A DNA stretch of 64,000 bases, taken from NCBI GenBank assembly GCA_030668485.1, contig DAOUTW010000007.1, forward strand, positions 5,060 to 69,059, written 5' to 3'. Each line of letters begins with the position of its first letter. Position 1 is the first letter of the stretch. Position numbers and translations under genes: made by a program. The notes beneath the pieces were generated by a model. That model was given only the letters and a program-made list of their open reading frames with translations. It did not search any database and was not told where the DNA came from. The stretch comes from Candidatus Zixiibacteriota bacterium. Lineage in GTDB: Bacteria; Zixibacteria; MSB-5A5; GN15; JAAZOE01. Positions 18,530-28,317 of this stretch are shown here, piece by piece.

Positions 18530-19152
18530 ATTTTTCTCCGTTCCAATAGAAGAGTGATATTTGGAGCGGAAATCTTACAAATTATTTTAAGCCCGGGGGA
18601 TAGTAGACAATTCAAAGACTGCAGGTTTGGAGTCCTGCGCCTTGGTGGCGCATCCGTGCGTTCTTACGTTCGGGTGGGGTCCCGCTATTGACAATTATCG
18701 AGTCATTATTTTCCTCAACTGTTCCCACTCATAAATTTCGATGCAAATTCGTCGGTAAATCGCTGTTAATCCCGGAAAAGTCCTGTATTGTGAAAGATAG
18801 TAGAAAGGTGGACTATTTGAGTGACAGGAACAATACAGCGCAGCATCAACAGGCGAATTACAAATTCGCCATAACTTCACCGCCGATTGGCGGACTCGGA
18901 AATGTATCAATGTACAAAACGAACCCAGTTCCTGACAAACCATCGGGCAATAACATCTTACACCAAATTTTGGAGGTTTGGAGACTACCTGTGGTAGTGT
19001 CCTCTTAAGTAACACCACCATATATGGGGCTCATAGATCGCCAAAAACAGGCCCCTGCCTGCGAGGGTGGCACCCTCAAACTTGTTTGGGGGTGTGGTTC
19101 AACTACAGCGATTGGCCATCTCGGCGACAGCAGAAAACAGGCCCCTGCCTGT

Positions 19153-19983
19153 TTATGCCAGCACGGTTTTGCTGAGTAACTCGCCACGGATGCCGACGAC
19201 TACCTCGGTGAGAGGAATATCGCGGCCACAAGCTTTGATCGCTTCGCGGGTGATGATGTTCAATCCGCTGCAACAAGGGACCTCCATGGTCATAACCGTC
19301 ACTCCGGTACATCCGGATAGTCTGAAGGTCTCCTCCAGCTTGCCCTGGTAATGATTGATATCATCCAACTTGGGGCATCCGACCAGAAGAGATTTTCCCT
19401 TGAGAAACTGCCGATGAAAATCGGCAAAGGCAAACGGACAGCAATCGGCCGCCAAAAGGATCTCGCGATCTTTCAAAAAGGGAGCTGTCGGCGGAACCAG
19501 CATCAACTGCACTGGCCACTGGGTCAGGGTCGATTTGATTTCGTCGGCGGGTGTCGTATCGTCGATGACTTCCTGCGACTCCTGGAAACTGCGCATCGCC
19601 GATCCGGGGCATCCGCCGCCATGGGCATGCGGTTGAGGAGCATGCGCGGCTGGCTGACCGGCTATCGGAAAAGCTGCAGGCTGAGGCGCCGGAGAAGGCT
19701 GATCCTGAGTCAGTGAAGCAGGAACATCAGGCTTGAAGGTCTTCAGGTGTTCCTCGACAATTGCCTCGTCGAATTCATCGGCTTTCTGCTTGGCAATGGT
19801 GATGGCGTCCTGCGGACAATCCCCGACGCAATTGCCGAAACCGTCACACAAGTTTTCGCTGACCAGCTTGGCCTTGCCGTCGATAAGCTGCAGAGCGCCC
19901 TCGGCGCAACTGAGAATACACTGTCCACAGCCGTCGCAGAGGTCTTCATCTATATAAATAAGGTCGCGTACTATCCTGCCCAT
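19153..19983 (-). CDS. 4Fe-4S dicluster domain protein with C-terminal Cys-rich domain
   Basis: CDGCGQCILSC and CDGFGNCVGDCP ferredoxin motifs. A Pro/Ala-rich linker follows. The C-terminal domain has CC/CP/CC motifs. Confidence 0.6.
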   Translation of the reverse strand: MGRIVRDLIYIDEDLCDGCGQCILSCAEGALQLIDGKAKLVSENLCDGFGNCVGDCPQDAITIAKQKADEFDEAIVEEHLKTFKPDVPASLTQDQPSPAPQPAAFPIAGQPAAHAPQPHAHGGGCPGSAMRSFQESQEVIDDTTPADEIKSTLTQWPVQLMLVPPTAPFLKDREILLAADCCPFAFADFHRQFLKGKSLLVGCPKLDDINHYQGKLEETFRLSGCTGVTVMTMEVPCCSGLNIITREAIKACGRDIPLTEVVVGIRGELLSKTVLA

Positions 19984-20068
19984 AAGAAACTCCTTATATG
20001 GATTTGTTATATCTACGATACTAAGATATAAATTGGGGGAAAAAGTTCCTTGACTCAGATCAAGAAGC

Positions 20069-20740
20069 TCAGATTTTCTCGCCGGAGGCTATTTCGCCCA
20101 ACCGGCTACGATCGAGGATCGAAATTTGCTGGCCATGGACGGAAATTATGCCCACCTCCGACAATCGGGAAAATGCCCGCGAAAGCGTTTCCGGGATCGT
20201 CCCAAGCAGAGACGCCATAACCATTTTCTTCTCAGTCAGCACGACGATATCGCATTCCTGTTCGGGCAGAAGACCGATGATATATCCTGCCAGGCGGGTG
20301 CTGACATCCTCCAGCGAAATCCGTTGAATCAGGCGGGTCAGATGATGCAGAAGCATCGACAGACGGGCGATCATATTGACGGCAATCGAGGGATTGGCAT
20401 GAATAAGGGCCATGAACTTCTCATGGGTGAAGTACATAAGCTCACTTTTTATGACTGCCTCAGCATTGGCAGGATAAATCTTACCGGCAAACAGCGCCGC
20501 CTCGCCAAAAGAATCTCCGGGACCGGCCATCATCAGGATCTGCTCTTTTCCGTCAGGAGAGGTTTTACCGATTTTGACTTTGCCCGATATGATGACATAA
20601 AAGCGATCGGCGGGATCATCCTGGAAAAAGAGAAAATTCCCTTTTTCGGCGGTGAAATATTTTCCGGCCTGTTCGATAAGTTTCAGGCCTTTGGAATCTA
20701 TTCCTGAAAATAGAATTGAGTCTGCCAGATGTTTTGTCAT
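20069..20740 (-). CDS. Crp/Fnr family transcriptional regulator
   Basis: cNMP-binding beta-roll (GDSFGEAALF) plus a C-terminal HTH (ETLSRAFSRL). Confidence 0.85.
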   Translation of the reverse strand: MTKHLADSILFSGIDSKGLKLIEQAGKYFTAEKGNFLFFQDDPADRFYVIISGKVKIGKTSPDGKEQILMMAGPGDSFGEAALFAGKIYPANAEAVIKSELMYFTHEKFMALIHANPSIAVNMIARLSMLLHHLTRLIQRISLEDVSTRLAGYIIGLLPEQECDIVVLTEKKMVMASLLGTIPETLSRAFSRLSEVGIISVHGQQISILDRSRLGEIASGEKI

Positions 20741-20803
20741 CCGGTGAATATAAAAAAATAACCCCGAAGGGCAAATAAGAACTTTTTGAAGGGAGGATGG
20801 CGA

Positions 20804-21163
20804 TTAGCCGATGACTTGCTTGAGCAGAGCTTCGATATCGGCCATTTTGAACGGCTTGTTAAGAAAACCGTCGGCCATATTCGACAGCAGGTTGCTGCCT
20901 TCGTCATCGAGGGCGTATCCGGAAATGACGACCACCGGGATTTCCGGTTTTGTCTCTTTGATTTTCCGGAGCAGGTCGAGGCCGGACATTTTGGGCATTC
21001 TCATATCGGTGATAACCAGACTGATGTCGTTTTTCTCTACCTTCTCAATCGCCTCCATACCGTCGCCGGCCCGGATCGACTCATAGTCAAAGACCTCCAG
21101 CATTTCTGCAAGCAGAGAAGACATATTGGGATTGTCGTCAACGATGAGAATTTTTCCGCTCAT
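20804..21163 (-). CDS. single-domain response regulator (CheY-like receiver)
   Basis: ILIVDD..D(54-equivalent)MRMP..K motif pattern. 119 aa. Confidence 0.85.
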   Translation of the reverse strand: MSGKILIVDDNPNMSSLLAEMLEVFDYESIRAGDGMEAIEKVEKNDISLVITDMRMPKMSGLDLLRKIKETKPEIPVVVISGYALDDEGSNLLSNMADGFLNKPFKMADIEALLKQVIG

Positions 21164-21220
21164 ATTATACCCTTTATTGTTCTGGGTATCGGCAAATCTC
21201 GCTCGTACATTAAGATAAAT

Positions 21221-22315
21221 TTAGGATAATCTGGACATTATTTCGGCCTTGAGGCGATTCAGGCCGGTGTTTTTCAATGCCGAAAGAGGGATAATTCCAT
21301 TGGAAGGAAGGGGCGGCGGCCCCGATCCATCGAGCAAATCTGTTTTATTATAAATAGTTATGCGAGGTACCTGACCGGCTCCGATTTCTTTCAAGACCGA
21401 GATCACAACCTCTATTTTGCGGTCCTTGAACGGATCGGAACAATCGGCTATCAGGAGGATTAGGTCGGCCAGATTGACCTCCTCCAGGGTAGATTTGAAT
21501 GAGGCAACCAGTTGGTGGGGCAGTTTTTCGATAAAACCGACGGTGTCGGTGATGACAATATCCTGAGGGTATTCGACCGATATAACCCGGGTGGTCGAAT
21601 CGAGTGTCGAAAACAGCTTGTCTTCTTCCATGACATCAGATCGGGTAAGGCGGTTGAACAGGGTCGATTTGCCGGCGTTGGTATAGCCGACCAGGGCGAT
21701 CTTGAAAAATCGCTGGCGGCCCTTGCGCTGAGTTTGGCGCTGGCTTTCTATTTTTTTTAATTTCTTTTTCAGATGAGCGATTTTTTTACCCACGCGGCGG
21801 CGGTCGACCTCAAGCTGGGTTTCGCCGGGACCCTTGGTGCCGATACCGCCTCGCTGGCGCGAAAAGTGTTCCCATAGCCCGGCCAGCCGGGGAAGGAGAT
21901 ATTCCATCTGGGCCAATTCGACCTGAAGTCTCGACTCGGCCGTCCGGGCATGCATCGCGAAAATATCGAGGATCAGCATCGGGCGGTCGATGACGCGAAT
22001 ATCGAGGTTTTTGCTCAGGTTGCGCAATTGGTTGGGGGAGAGGGGATCGTCGAAAACGACCAGGCTGGCCTCGTGTTCCTCGACAGCCGTCTTGATTTGC
22101 TCGACCAACCCCTTGCCGACAAAATAGGTGCCGTCCGGTTTGTTGCGGCTTTGCAGGAAGCGTTCGGCTTCCACCCCTCCGGCGGTTTCGGTCAGACGGG
22201 CCAACTCATCGAGTGAGTTTTCGGCCTCAATGCGGGAGCTTCGTCCCAGTATAGTCCCGACCAGTATTGCCTTTTCGGCGACCTGATCTTTTCCGGTATC
22301 ATACCCTTTCATCAT
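21221..22315 (-). CDS. hflX: GTPase HflX
   Basis: HflX N-domain plus G-domain (GYTNAGKSTLFN, DTVGF, NKTD). Start chosen at the MMKGY Met. Confidence 0.85.
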   Translation of the reverse strand: MMKGYDTGKDQVAEKAILVGTILGRSSRIEAENSLDELARLTETAGGVEAERFLQSRNKPDGTYFVGKGLVEQIKTAVEEHEASLVVFDDPLSPNQLRNLSKNLDIRVIDRPMLILDIFAMHARTAESRLQVELAQMEYLLPRLAGLWEHFSRQRGGIGTKGPGETQLEVDRRRVGKKIAHLKKKLKKIESQRQTQRKGRQRFFKIALVGYTNAGKSTLFNRLTRSDVMEEDKLFSTLDSTTRVISVEYPQDIVITDTVGFIEKLPHQLVASFKSTLEEVNLADLILLIADCSDPFKDRKIEVVISVLKEIGAGQVPRITIYNKTDLLDGSGPPPLPSNGIIPLSALKNTGLNRLKAEIMSRLS

Positions 22316-22348
22316 GCCAATATAATATGTTAATGCGGTTATGGTTGC

Positions 22349-22405
22349 ATAAAAGTTGTTTTGCAGGCAGGTGGCAGGGGCCACCTTTTTGGCTGTCGCA
22401 CAGAT
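22349..22405. repeat. approx. 46-bp repeat element, copy 1 (contains hairpin GGTGGC-aggg-GCCACC + T5)
   Basis: Near-identical to the copy at 22741-22792. Contains a terminator-like hairpin. Confidence 0.6.
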
Positions 22406-22740
22406 GATCGTACTATGGAGTCGTAATCGCATGAAGTCTTACATACACCAAGGCTACCATTATACTGCCCTAATAAGTTGTCGTGCAACAGCATATCGGG
22501 AATTTGGCTTTGTTTGCTCATTTTTAAAGAAATTTCTTTTTCTGAATCTTTTTCTGTCCCGCATTCAGTTGTAGTACTTGTGTGGCAATGGTTTAGGGTC
22601 CGTTTGTCATATTTAAGGTTTTTCCTTTTTTTGGCTTTGGATGGAACTTCCCTCTCGTTCGCGTGCATAGGTATTGTTTCCTTTAATCATCAGGTTCATC
22701 TATAGGGGAATGGACAGGATTTACAACGGTTCTACGTTGA

Positions 22741-22792
22741 TTTTGCAGGTGGCAGGGGCCACTTTTTGGCTGTCACGTAGATGATCTGAAGG
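22741..22792. repeat. approx. 46-bp repeat element, copy 2
   Basis: ttttgcaggtggcaggggccactttttggctgtcacgtagatgatc aligns to copy 1 with a 3-nt indel and about 4 mismatches. Confidence 0.6.
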
Positions 22793-22838
22793 CACCGCGA
22801 CCACCGGTCGCGGCCACCCGTCCGCTACAGAAAACTAT

Positions 22839-24110
22839 TTGTCTATTTTATTGAATCAGTTATCTTTTGATAAATGGTGTGAAAAATTAAGATTTCTAAT
22901 GAGAGAATTACTTTTAAAAAAAATACTTTCAAGCTTTAGTGAGAATTCATTCCGCGCGTTTGTAAAGGAATTTTTTGAGACAGATGGCGTACCTCTAGTT
23001 GCACATGAGGACATTGGGGAGGATATATTTTTCCGACCAATTATTGACTCATACGGGGGATCAATACATTCGGTATTTATGCTACATTTTATTCCGTTCG
23101 AATTATTTAAGGATCCATTAAATATTAAGATTGTCGATCCTCCCTTGAAAAATAACCTACAAAAAATCGAAAGATATTATAAAGGTAGAAAAGGCCAATG
23201 GGGAATGGTTTCTCCTGCTTTGACGGAAGATGATGCACTACAGACTCTGGCATTTCTTGTAAATATAGCGAATGTCTCAGAAGATGCATACCACGAATTT
23301 ATTATCCCAAAGTATTCACAAGCGGCGGCCGCATGCGGAATTAAGGCGGACATTTATGTTGGGTCGTATGATTCGTTTTTTGCCAAGAGCCCGAATTGTA
23401 CAGAGAATACTATAGAAAAGTATTTTGATAATTACCGTGAAGGTATATCAATAAATCTTAGCCATGATGAAGTCTACATCGATCAATATCTATCAGAAAA
23501 ATATATAATAAATGGTGTCCTTCCACATACTTTGAATCCATGCGAGCCTGTTATTGTAAATCGAACTGTGAAATTAAATCAGGTATTTGCGGAATTTACC
23601 AGTCTTTTAAAAGAATCGACGAAGGAAAAAGATTTGGAATGCTTTTTGTCGGCCCACTATAAAGAAATATTTGGCTACGTATATGATAGAATTGAGACTC
23701 AGTTATGGCTGAAATTTCCTGAGGTTGATATTGCCAATAAAAATAGAAGACTTGATATCTTCTTGAGAAACTGCATCGAAAATGATTGGGAGCTATTTGA
23801 ACTAAAAAGAATTACTCCATTGACAACAAGCTACAGAGATGTACCAGTATTCACCCGGGAAATTATGAATGCATTACAGCAAACAAAGAACTATGCCCGT
23901 ATTCTTTCGCAAGATTCAGTCAAAAAGAAATTGGCGGCACAAGGGATAGAATATTATGAACCTTCATTACGTCTGGTAATTGGAGGTAGACCTAACATGT
24001 CTATTCAACAATGGCGGTGGTTGAAAGCATCCAATGAAAGTAACATAAAGATAATTACTTATGATGACCTTTTAAAGGAATTGAAATTACGGATGGAGAA
24101 TAGAGCATAA
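22839..24110 (+). CDS. AT-rich orphan protein with PD-(D/E)xK nuclease core (DUF4263/Shedu-like or RecB/Cas4-like fold); candidate defence gene
   Basis: Long clean ORF at about 30-35% GC against about 52% for the flanks. C-terminal motifs: RRLDIFLRN...WELFELKR (D..E-x-K) and QQTKNY (QxxxY). Confidence 0.6.
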   Translation: MSILLNQLSFDKWCEKLRFLMRELLLKKILSSFSENSFRAFVKEFFETDGVPLVAHEDIGEDIFFRPIIDSYGGSIHSVFMLHFIPFELFKDPLNIKIVDPPLKNNLQKIERYYKGRKGQWGMVSPALTEDDALQTLAFLVNIANVSEDAYHEFIIPKYSQAAAACGIKADIYVGSYDSFFAKSPNCTENTIEKYFDNYREGISINLSHDEVYIDQYLSEKYIINGVLPHTLNPCEPVIVNRTVKLNQVFAEFTSLLKESTKEKDLECFLSAHYKEIFGYVYDRIETQLWLKFPEVDIANKNRRLDIFLRNCIENDWELFELKRITPLTTSYRDVPVFTREIMNALQQTKNYARILSQDSVKKKLAAQGIEYYEPSLRLVIGGRPNMSIQQWRWLKASNESNIKIITYDDLLKELKLRMENRA

Positions 24111-24142
24111 ATATAAAAATGAAGCTGAGAATAGACGCCGCA

Positions 24143-25264
24143 CTAATTTGCTAATTCTTCCAGTTTTTCCCTCGTCACACCCAGTGAGACCCCTGTCGAT
24201 AGGGCGACTTTTATTAGGTCGGAGTCGAGGGGGACGTTGCGGGATTTGCCGGAGACTTCGGAAAGGGGAACGGAAACAAGATCATCACCCTTGAGGGCAA
24301 CCATGTTACCAAACTTCTTTTCGGAAACAAGACGGACCGCCTCGCATCCATAGCGAGTAGCCAGCAGACGATCAAACGCGGTCGGTGATCCGCCGCGCAC
24401 CAGATGACCAAGAATAGTCACCCGCGTTTCCAGTTTCGTCAACTCTTCTATCTGCTCGCCAATGAGACGCGAAATTCCGCCAAGGCGAATGGCGTCAGGG
24501 GAATTTTCGATCATTCGCTTGATGACCATCTCGCCGCCTTCCGGCTTGGCACCTTCGCCGACAACGATGATAGAAAAGTTTCTGCCGATACTTTTGCGTT
24601 CTTTGATCTTCTCACAGATAGCATCGATATCATATGGGATTTCGGGAATGAGAATAATATCGCCGCCGCCGGCCAGACCGGAAGCAAGCGCCAGCCATCC
24701 GGCATAACGCCCCATGACCTCGATAATCATTACCCGGTGATGAGCCTGAGCGGTGGTATGGATTTTGTCGATAGCCTCGGTCGCCGTGGCAACAGCCGAA
24801 TCAAAACCAAAGGTTCGGTCGGTACCATACAAATCATTGTCTATCGTTTTGGGCACGCCAATCATATTGATGCCCAGGTCACATAAAGGCCCGGCGGCCG
24901 ACATGGTTCCGTCGCCGCCGATGACGATCAGCGAATCAAGGCCGAGCTTTTGGTAGTTATTGACCAGGTCGGCGGAGCGATCAAGGTAGACGTATTTGTC
25001 TTTTTGAAGGATGGGAAATTTGAAAGGATCGGCGCGGTTAGAAGTACCGAGAATCGTCCCTCCCCGACTCAAAATTCCGGAAACCGAATCCTTATCAAGA
25101 GCGATATAATTGTCGAGTACGAGACCCTCATACCCGTCCTTGAACCCGATTACCGACATATCATAGTCATTTATCGCGGTTTTAACCACCGCCCTGAGAA
25201 CAGCATTCAATCCGGGGCAGTCGCCGCCGCCAGTGAGAACTCCAATGCGCATCTGTTTGGCCAT
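24143..25264 (-). CDS. pfkA: 6-phosphofructokinase
   Basis: GVLTGGGDCPGLNAV, GGDGT/S, MGR motifs. 373 aa. Confidence 0.9.
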   Translation of the reverse strand: MAKQMRIGVLTGGGDCPGLNAVLRAVVKTAINDYDMSVIGFKDGYEGLVLDNYIALDKDSVSGILSRGGTILGTSNRADPFKFPILQKDKYVYLDRSADLVNNYQKLGLDSLIVIGGDGTMSAAGPLCDLGINMIGVPKTIDNDLYGTDRTFGFDSAVATATEAIDKIHTTAQAHHRVMIIEVMGRYAGWLALASGLAGGGDIILIPEIPYDIDAICEKIKERKSIGRNFSIIVVGEGAKPEGGEMVIKRMIENSPDAIRLGGISRLIGEQIEELTKLETRVTILGHLVRGGSPTAFDRLLATRYGCEAVRLVSEKKFGNMVALKGDDLVSVPLSEVSGKSRNVPLDSDLIKVALSTGVSLGVTREKLEELAN

Positions 25265-25556
25265 AATTTCTCTTAAGTCCTTTCAAATTCTTCCTTTGAC
25301 ATAACGTTTTTGTGGACCGGGAGCAAGAAAATACTGTTATGGAAATAGGAGTTGTTTTCAGGCGGTTACTTTCGTAACTTTTTGGGCCTGATACAGCCGG
25401 GACCGAATCGGCAGCGAATAAGGAAATTTCGCTAAAATGCCGATAATAAAAGGACTTATAGATTTTTAGACATTACACCGGCGCAGGAGATACAGGCGGT
25501 AAGGGGATAGATGTTCCCGCCGCCAGAGTATAAACTGCTTACACAGGGATGGTCAG

Positions 25557-28115
25557 ATGAAAATCAAGCCGATATTGGTACTTCCTTCACTCCCGGACAA
25601 AATCTCTCACCTTCAGGATTTATCACGCAACCTCTGGTATTCCTGGTCACCCGATTTGATCAGCCTGTTCCGGCGCCTTGATCGAGAAACCTGGGAGGTC
25701 TGCAATCAAAACCCGGTTCAGATGCTCGCTCAAGTGTCACAGGATAAATTGCTCGCCGCCGCTGAAGACGATTCTTTTGTGGCGCACCTGGAAAGAGTGT
25801 ATGGGGCCTTCAATCATTACATGGCACAGAAGAAATGGTTCGAAGCCCGCTTCCCGGTTTGCAAAGATTCCACGGTTGCCTATTTTTCATGCGAATACGG
25901 TCTCGACGTTTCGCTGCCGATCTATTCCGGCGGCCTGGGTGTCCTCTCCGGAGATCATCTTAAGTCGGCCTCCGATCTGGGAATTCCGATTGTGGCTGTC
26001 GGGCTGCTCTATCGGTACGGGTACTTTCAGCAATCGTTGAATGCCGACGGATGGCAGAATGAAAGCTACAAGGAGAACGACTGGTACAATATGCCGGTCA
26101 AGCTGGAAAAAGATGCTAACGATAAACCGATCCAGATATCCGTTAATATCGGCGATTCACCGGTCAGGGCACAGATATGGCGGGTGCAGGTCGGGCGAGT
26201 ACCGTTGTACCTTCTCGATACCAATATTCCGGAAAATCCGTCGATGCATCGCGAGATTACTTATCAATTATACAGCGGCGACAAAGATGTGCGAATCCGT
26301 CAGGAGATTATTCTCGGTATCGGCGGCGTCAGGGCGCTGGAGGCACTCGGTTATGAACCGAACGCTTATCATCTGAATGAGGGACATTCGATGTTCCTCT
26401 GCCTGGAGCGGATCAGGCGATTGATGGAAAAGGAGAAGCTTTCATTTGACGAGGCGACCGAGGTGGTCTGGTCGACCAATGTCTTTACTACCCATACTCC
26501 CGTACCGGCCGGAAATGAAGTTTTTGAGATCAAGCTGATGGAGAAATATTTGAGCCCGATGGCCAGTAGCCTGGGGATTTCATTCAAGGAAATGATTAAG
26601 CTGGGTCGAATCACCGACGCTGATCCGGCGGAGCCGTTTTCGATGACGGTCGGGGCGCTGCGTTTGTCGGCTCATTCCAACGGCGTTTCGAAGCTGCATG
26701 GCAAGACCGCGCGTCATATGTGGCAACATGTCTGGCCCGGTTTCACTGAAGAAGATGTACCGATTACCTCGATTACCAATGGTGTCCATACCTATAGCTG
26801 GATTGCGCCGAATCTCGGCGAGCTATACCGGACATATCTGGGACCGCGCTATATTGAGCAGCCGGAGGATCCGACCTGCTGGGATAATATCAATCGTATC
26901 CCCGACGGCGAACTCTGGAGATCGCATCAACAGAACAAGGAAAAACTGGTATTCTTCACCCGCGAAAGGGTGCACCGCCAGCTTCAGGAGAAAGGCAAAT
27001 CGCGCCAGGAATTGAAACGGACGGAAGAAATTCTGGATCCATACGCTTTGACAATCGGGTTTGCGAGACGATTCGCAACCTACAAACGCGGCTATATGCT
27101 CTTTTCCGACCTGGAACGACTCAAGAAAATGATTTCGGATGAAAAACGCCCCGTTCAATTGATACTCGCCGGGAAGGCTCATCCCAAAGACAACGCCGGC
27201 AAAGAAATCATCAAGTCGATTATGCATATTGCGCAGCAGGAGGAATTCCGCAACCGGATAGTATTTCTGGAAAATTACGATCTTGACCTGGCTTATAAAC
27301 TGGTAGCGGGAGTCGATGTCTGGCTCAACACTCCCCGGCGCCCGCAGGAAGCGTCGGGAACATCGGGTATGAAAGCGGCTCTCAACGGCGCTCTCAACTT
27401 GTCGATTCTCGACGGCTGGTGGGAGGAGGGGTACACCCCCGATACCGGTTGGGCGATCGGTAATCCGACCGATTATGCCAGCCGGGAAGAGGAGGACCTT
27501 GTTGAATCGCAGGCGCTGTATGATGCTCTTGAACGCGATGTTATTCCGACCTTTTATGACCATGGGAAAAAAGATTACTCTTCCAACTGGGTGAATATGA
27601 TGAAAAGCTCGATCATCATGGGCGGAAAGGATTTCTCGTCGCACCGGATGCTGCGGGAATATAGCGAAAAATTCTACATCCCTGCAATTCAGAGCTACGG
27701 CAATCTGGTCGGCGATGGTTATAACCTCACCCATGATGTAACCGAGTGGAGCCGACGGATATCCCAATTCTGGAACAAGGTTTCGGTTTCATCGATGGAT
27801 ATGCCTAATCTCAATGGTTCAAGTCAGGTGGGGCAATCGATCTTGGTGAAGGTTAAAGTGTTTCTCGGCGACCTCTCTCCGGATGATGTCAAAATCGAAA
27901 TCCTCCGAGGCAATTTGAACGCTCAGGACCAGATGGTCGATACCGAGGTATTTGCGGGGACTCTGGATGAGTCGATGCCGGATGGTCACCATGTTTATCA
28001 TGTCGAAATGGTCAGTACGCGATCGGGCCGGATGGGAATAACGGCGCGGGTGATACCGAACAACAACAGCCATCTAATCAAGCATCATCCCCGGCTGATT
28101 GCCTGGCACGAGTGA
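25557..28115 (+). CDS. glgP: alpha-glucan phosphorylase (GT35; glycogen/maltodextrin phosphorylase family)
   Basis: PLP-lysine motif EASGTSGMKAALNGALNLSILDGWW. 852 aa. Confidence 0.9.
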   Translation: MKIKPILVLPSLPDKISHLQDLSRNLWYSWSPDLISLFRRLDRETWEVCNQNPVQMLAQVSQDKLLAAAEDDSFVAHLERVYGAFNHYMAQKKWFEARFPVCKDSTVAYFSCEYGLDVSLPIYSGGLGVLSGDHLKSASDLGIPIVAVGLLYRYGYFQQSLNADGWQNESYKENDWYNMPVKLEKDANDKPIQISVNIGDSPVRAQIWRVQVGRVPLYLLDTNIPENPSMHREITYQLYSGDKDVRIRQEIILGIGGVRALEALGYEPNAYHLNEGHSMFLCLERIRRLMEKEKLSFDEATEVVWSTNVFTTHTPVPAGNEVFEIKLMEKYLSPMASSLGISFKEMIKLGRITDADPAEPFSMTVGALRLSAHSNGVSKLHGKTARHMWQHVWPGFTEEDVPITSITNGVHTYSWIAPNLGELYRTYLGPRYIEQPEDPTCWDNINRIPDGELWRSHQQNKEKLVFFTRERVHRQLQEKGKSRQELKRTEEILDPYALTIGFARRFATYKRGYMLFSDLERLKKMISDEKRPVQLILAGKAHPKDNAGKEIIKSIMHIAQQEEFRNRIVFLENYDLDLAYKLVAGVDVWLNTPRRPQEASGTSGMKAALNGALNLSILDGWWEEGYTPDTGWAIGNPTDYASREEEDLVESQALYDALERDVIPTFYDHGKKDYSSNWVNMMKSSIIMGGKDFSSHRMLREYSEKFYIPAIQSYGNLVGDGYNLTHDVTEWSRRISQFWNKVSVSSMDMPNLNGSSQVGQSILVKVKVFLGDLSPDDVKIEILRGNLNAQDQMVDTEVFAGTLDESMPDGHHVYHVEMVSTRSGRMGITARVIPNNNSHLIKHHPRLIAWHE

Positions 28116-28317
28116 TGATGGTATTTATTTCCCCGGACGGCTTCTAAAATTCCAGACTTTTCCCATGGCAGGCCCGGTGGGTCTGCCCCATCATTAGAAA
28201 ATCGTTGACAAATTGTGGATATATTTATATTTTATACTAAAGCTTACCCTCGCACCGGCAGGCATAATGAATCTTTGGAATGATTACCTTTAGAATTATC
28301 TGGCAGGGAGGCGTTCC

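Noticed and set aside
19044-19151. Possible CRISPR array (18-bp direct repeats 90 bp apart)
   Set aside because: There are only two copies. The repeat is too short and the spacing irregular, and there are no cas genes. It is treated as a regulatory or sRNA feature instead.
22339-22705. Three ORFs (22339-22668 -, 22356-22574 +, 22478-22705 +) in the AT-rich spacer
   Set aside because: They overlap each other and have no RBS. They have low-complexity products and span the repeat element. The region is more likely non-coding.
26823-27767. 314-aa minus-strand ORF inside glgP, plus similar long antisense ORFs at 40313-41248, 51113-52273, 55896-56552, 46168-46752 and 48717-49424
   Set aside because: They lie antisense to well-supported genes, lack RBS and have no motifs. 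This is typical of antisense ORFs in moderately GC-rich DNA.
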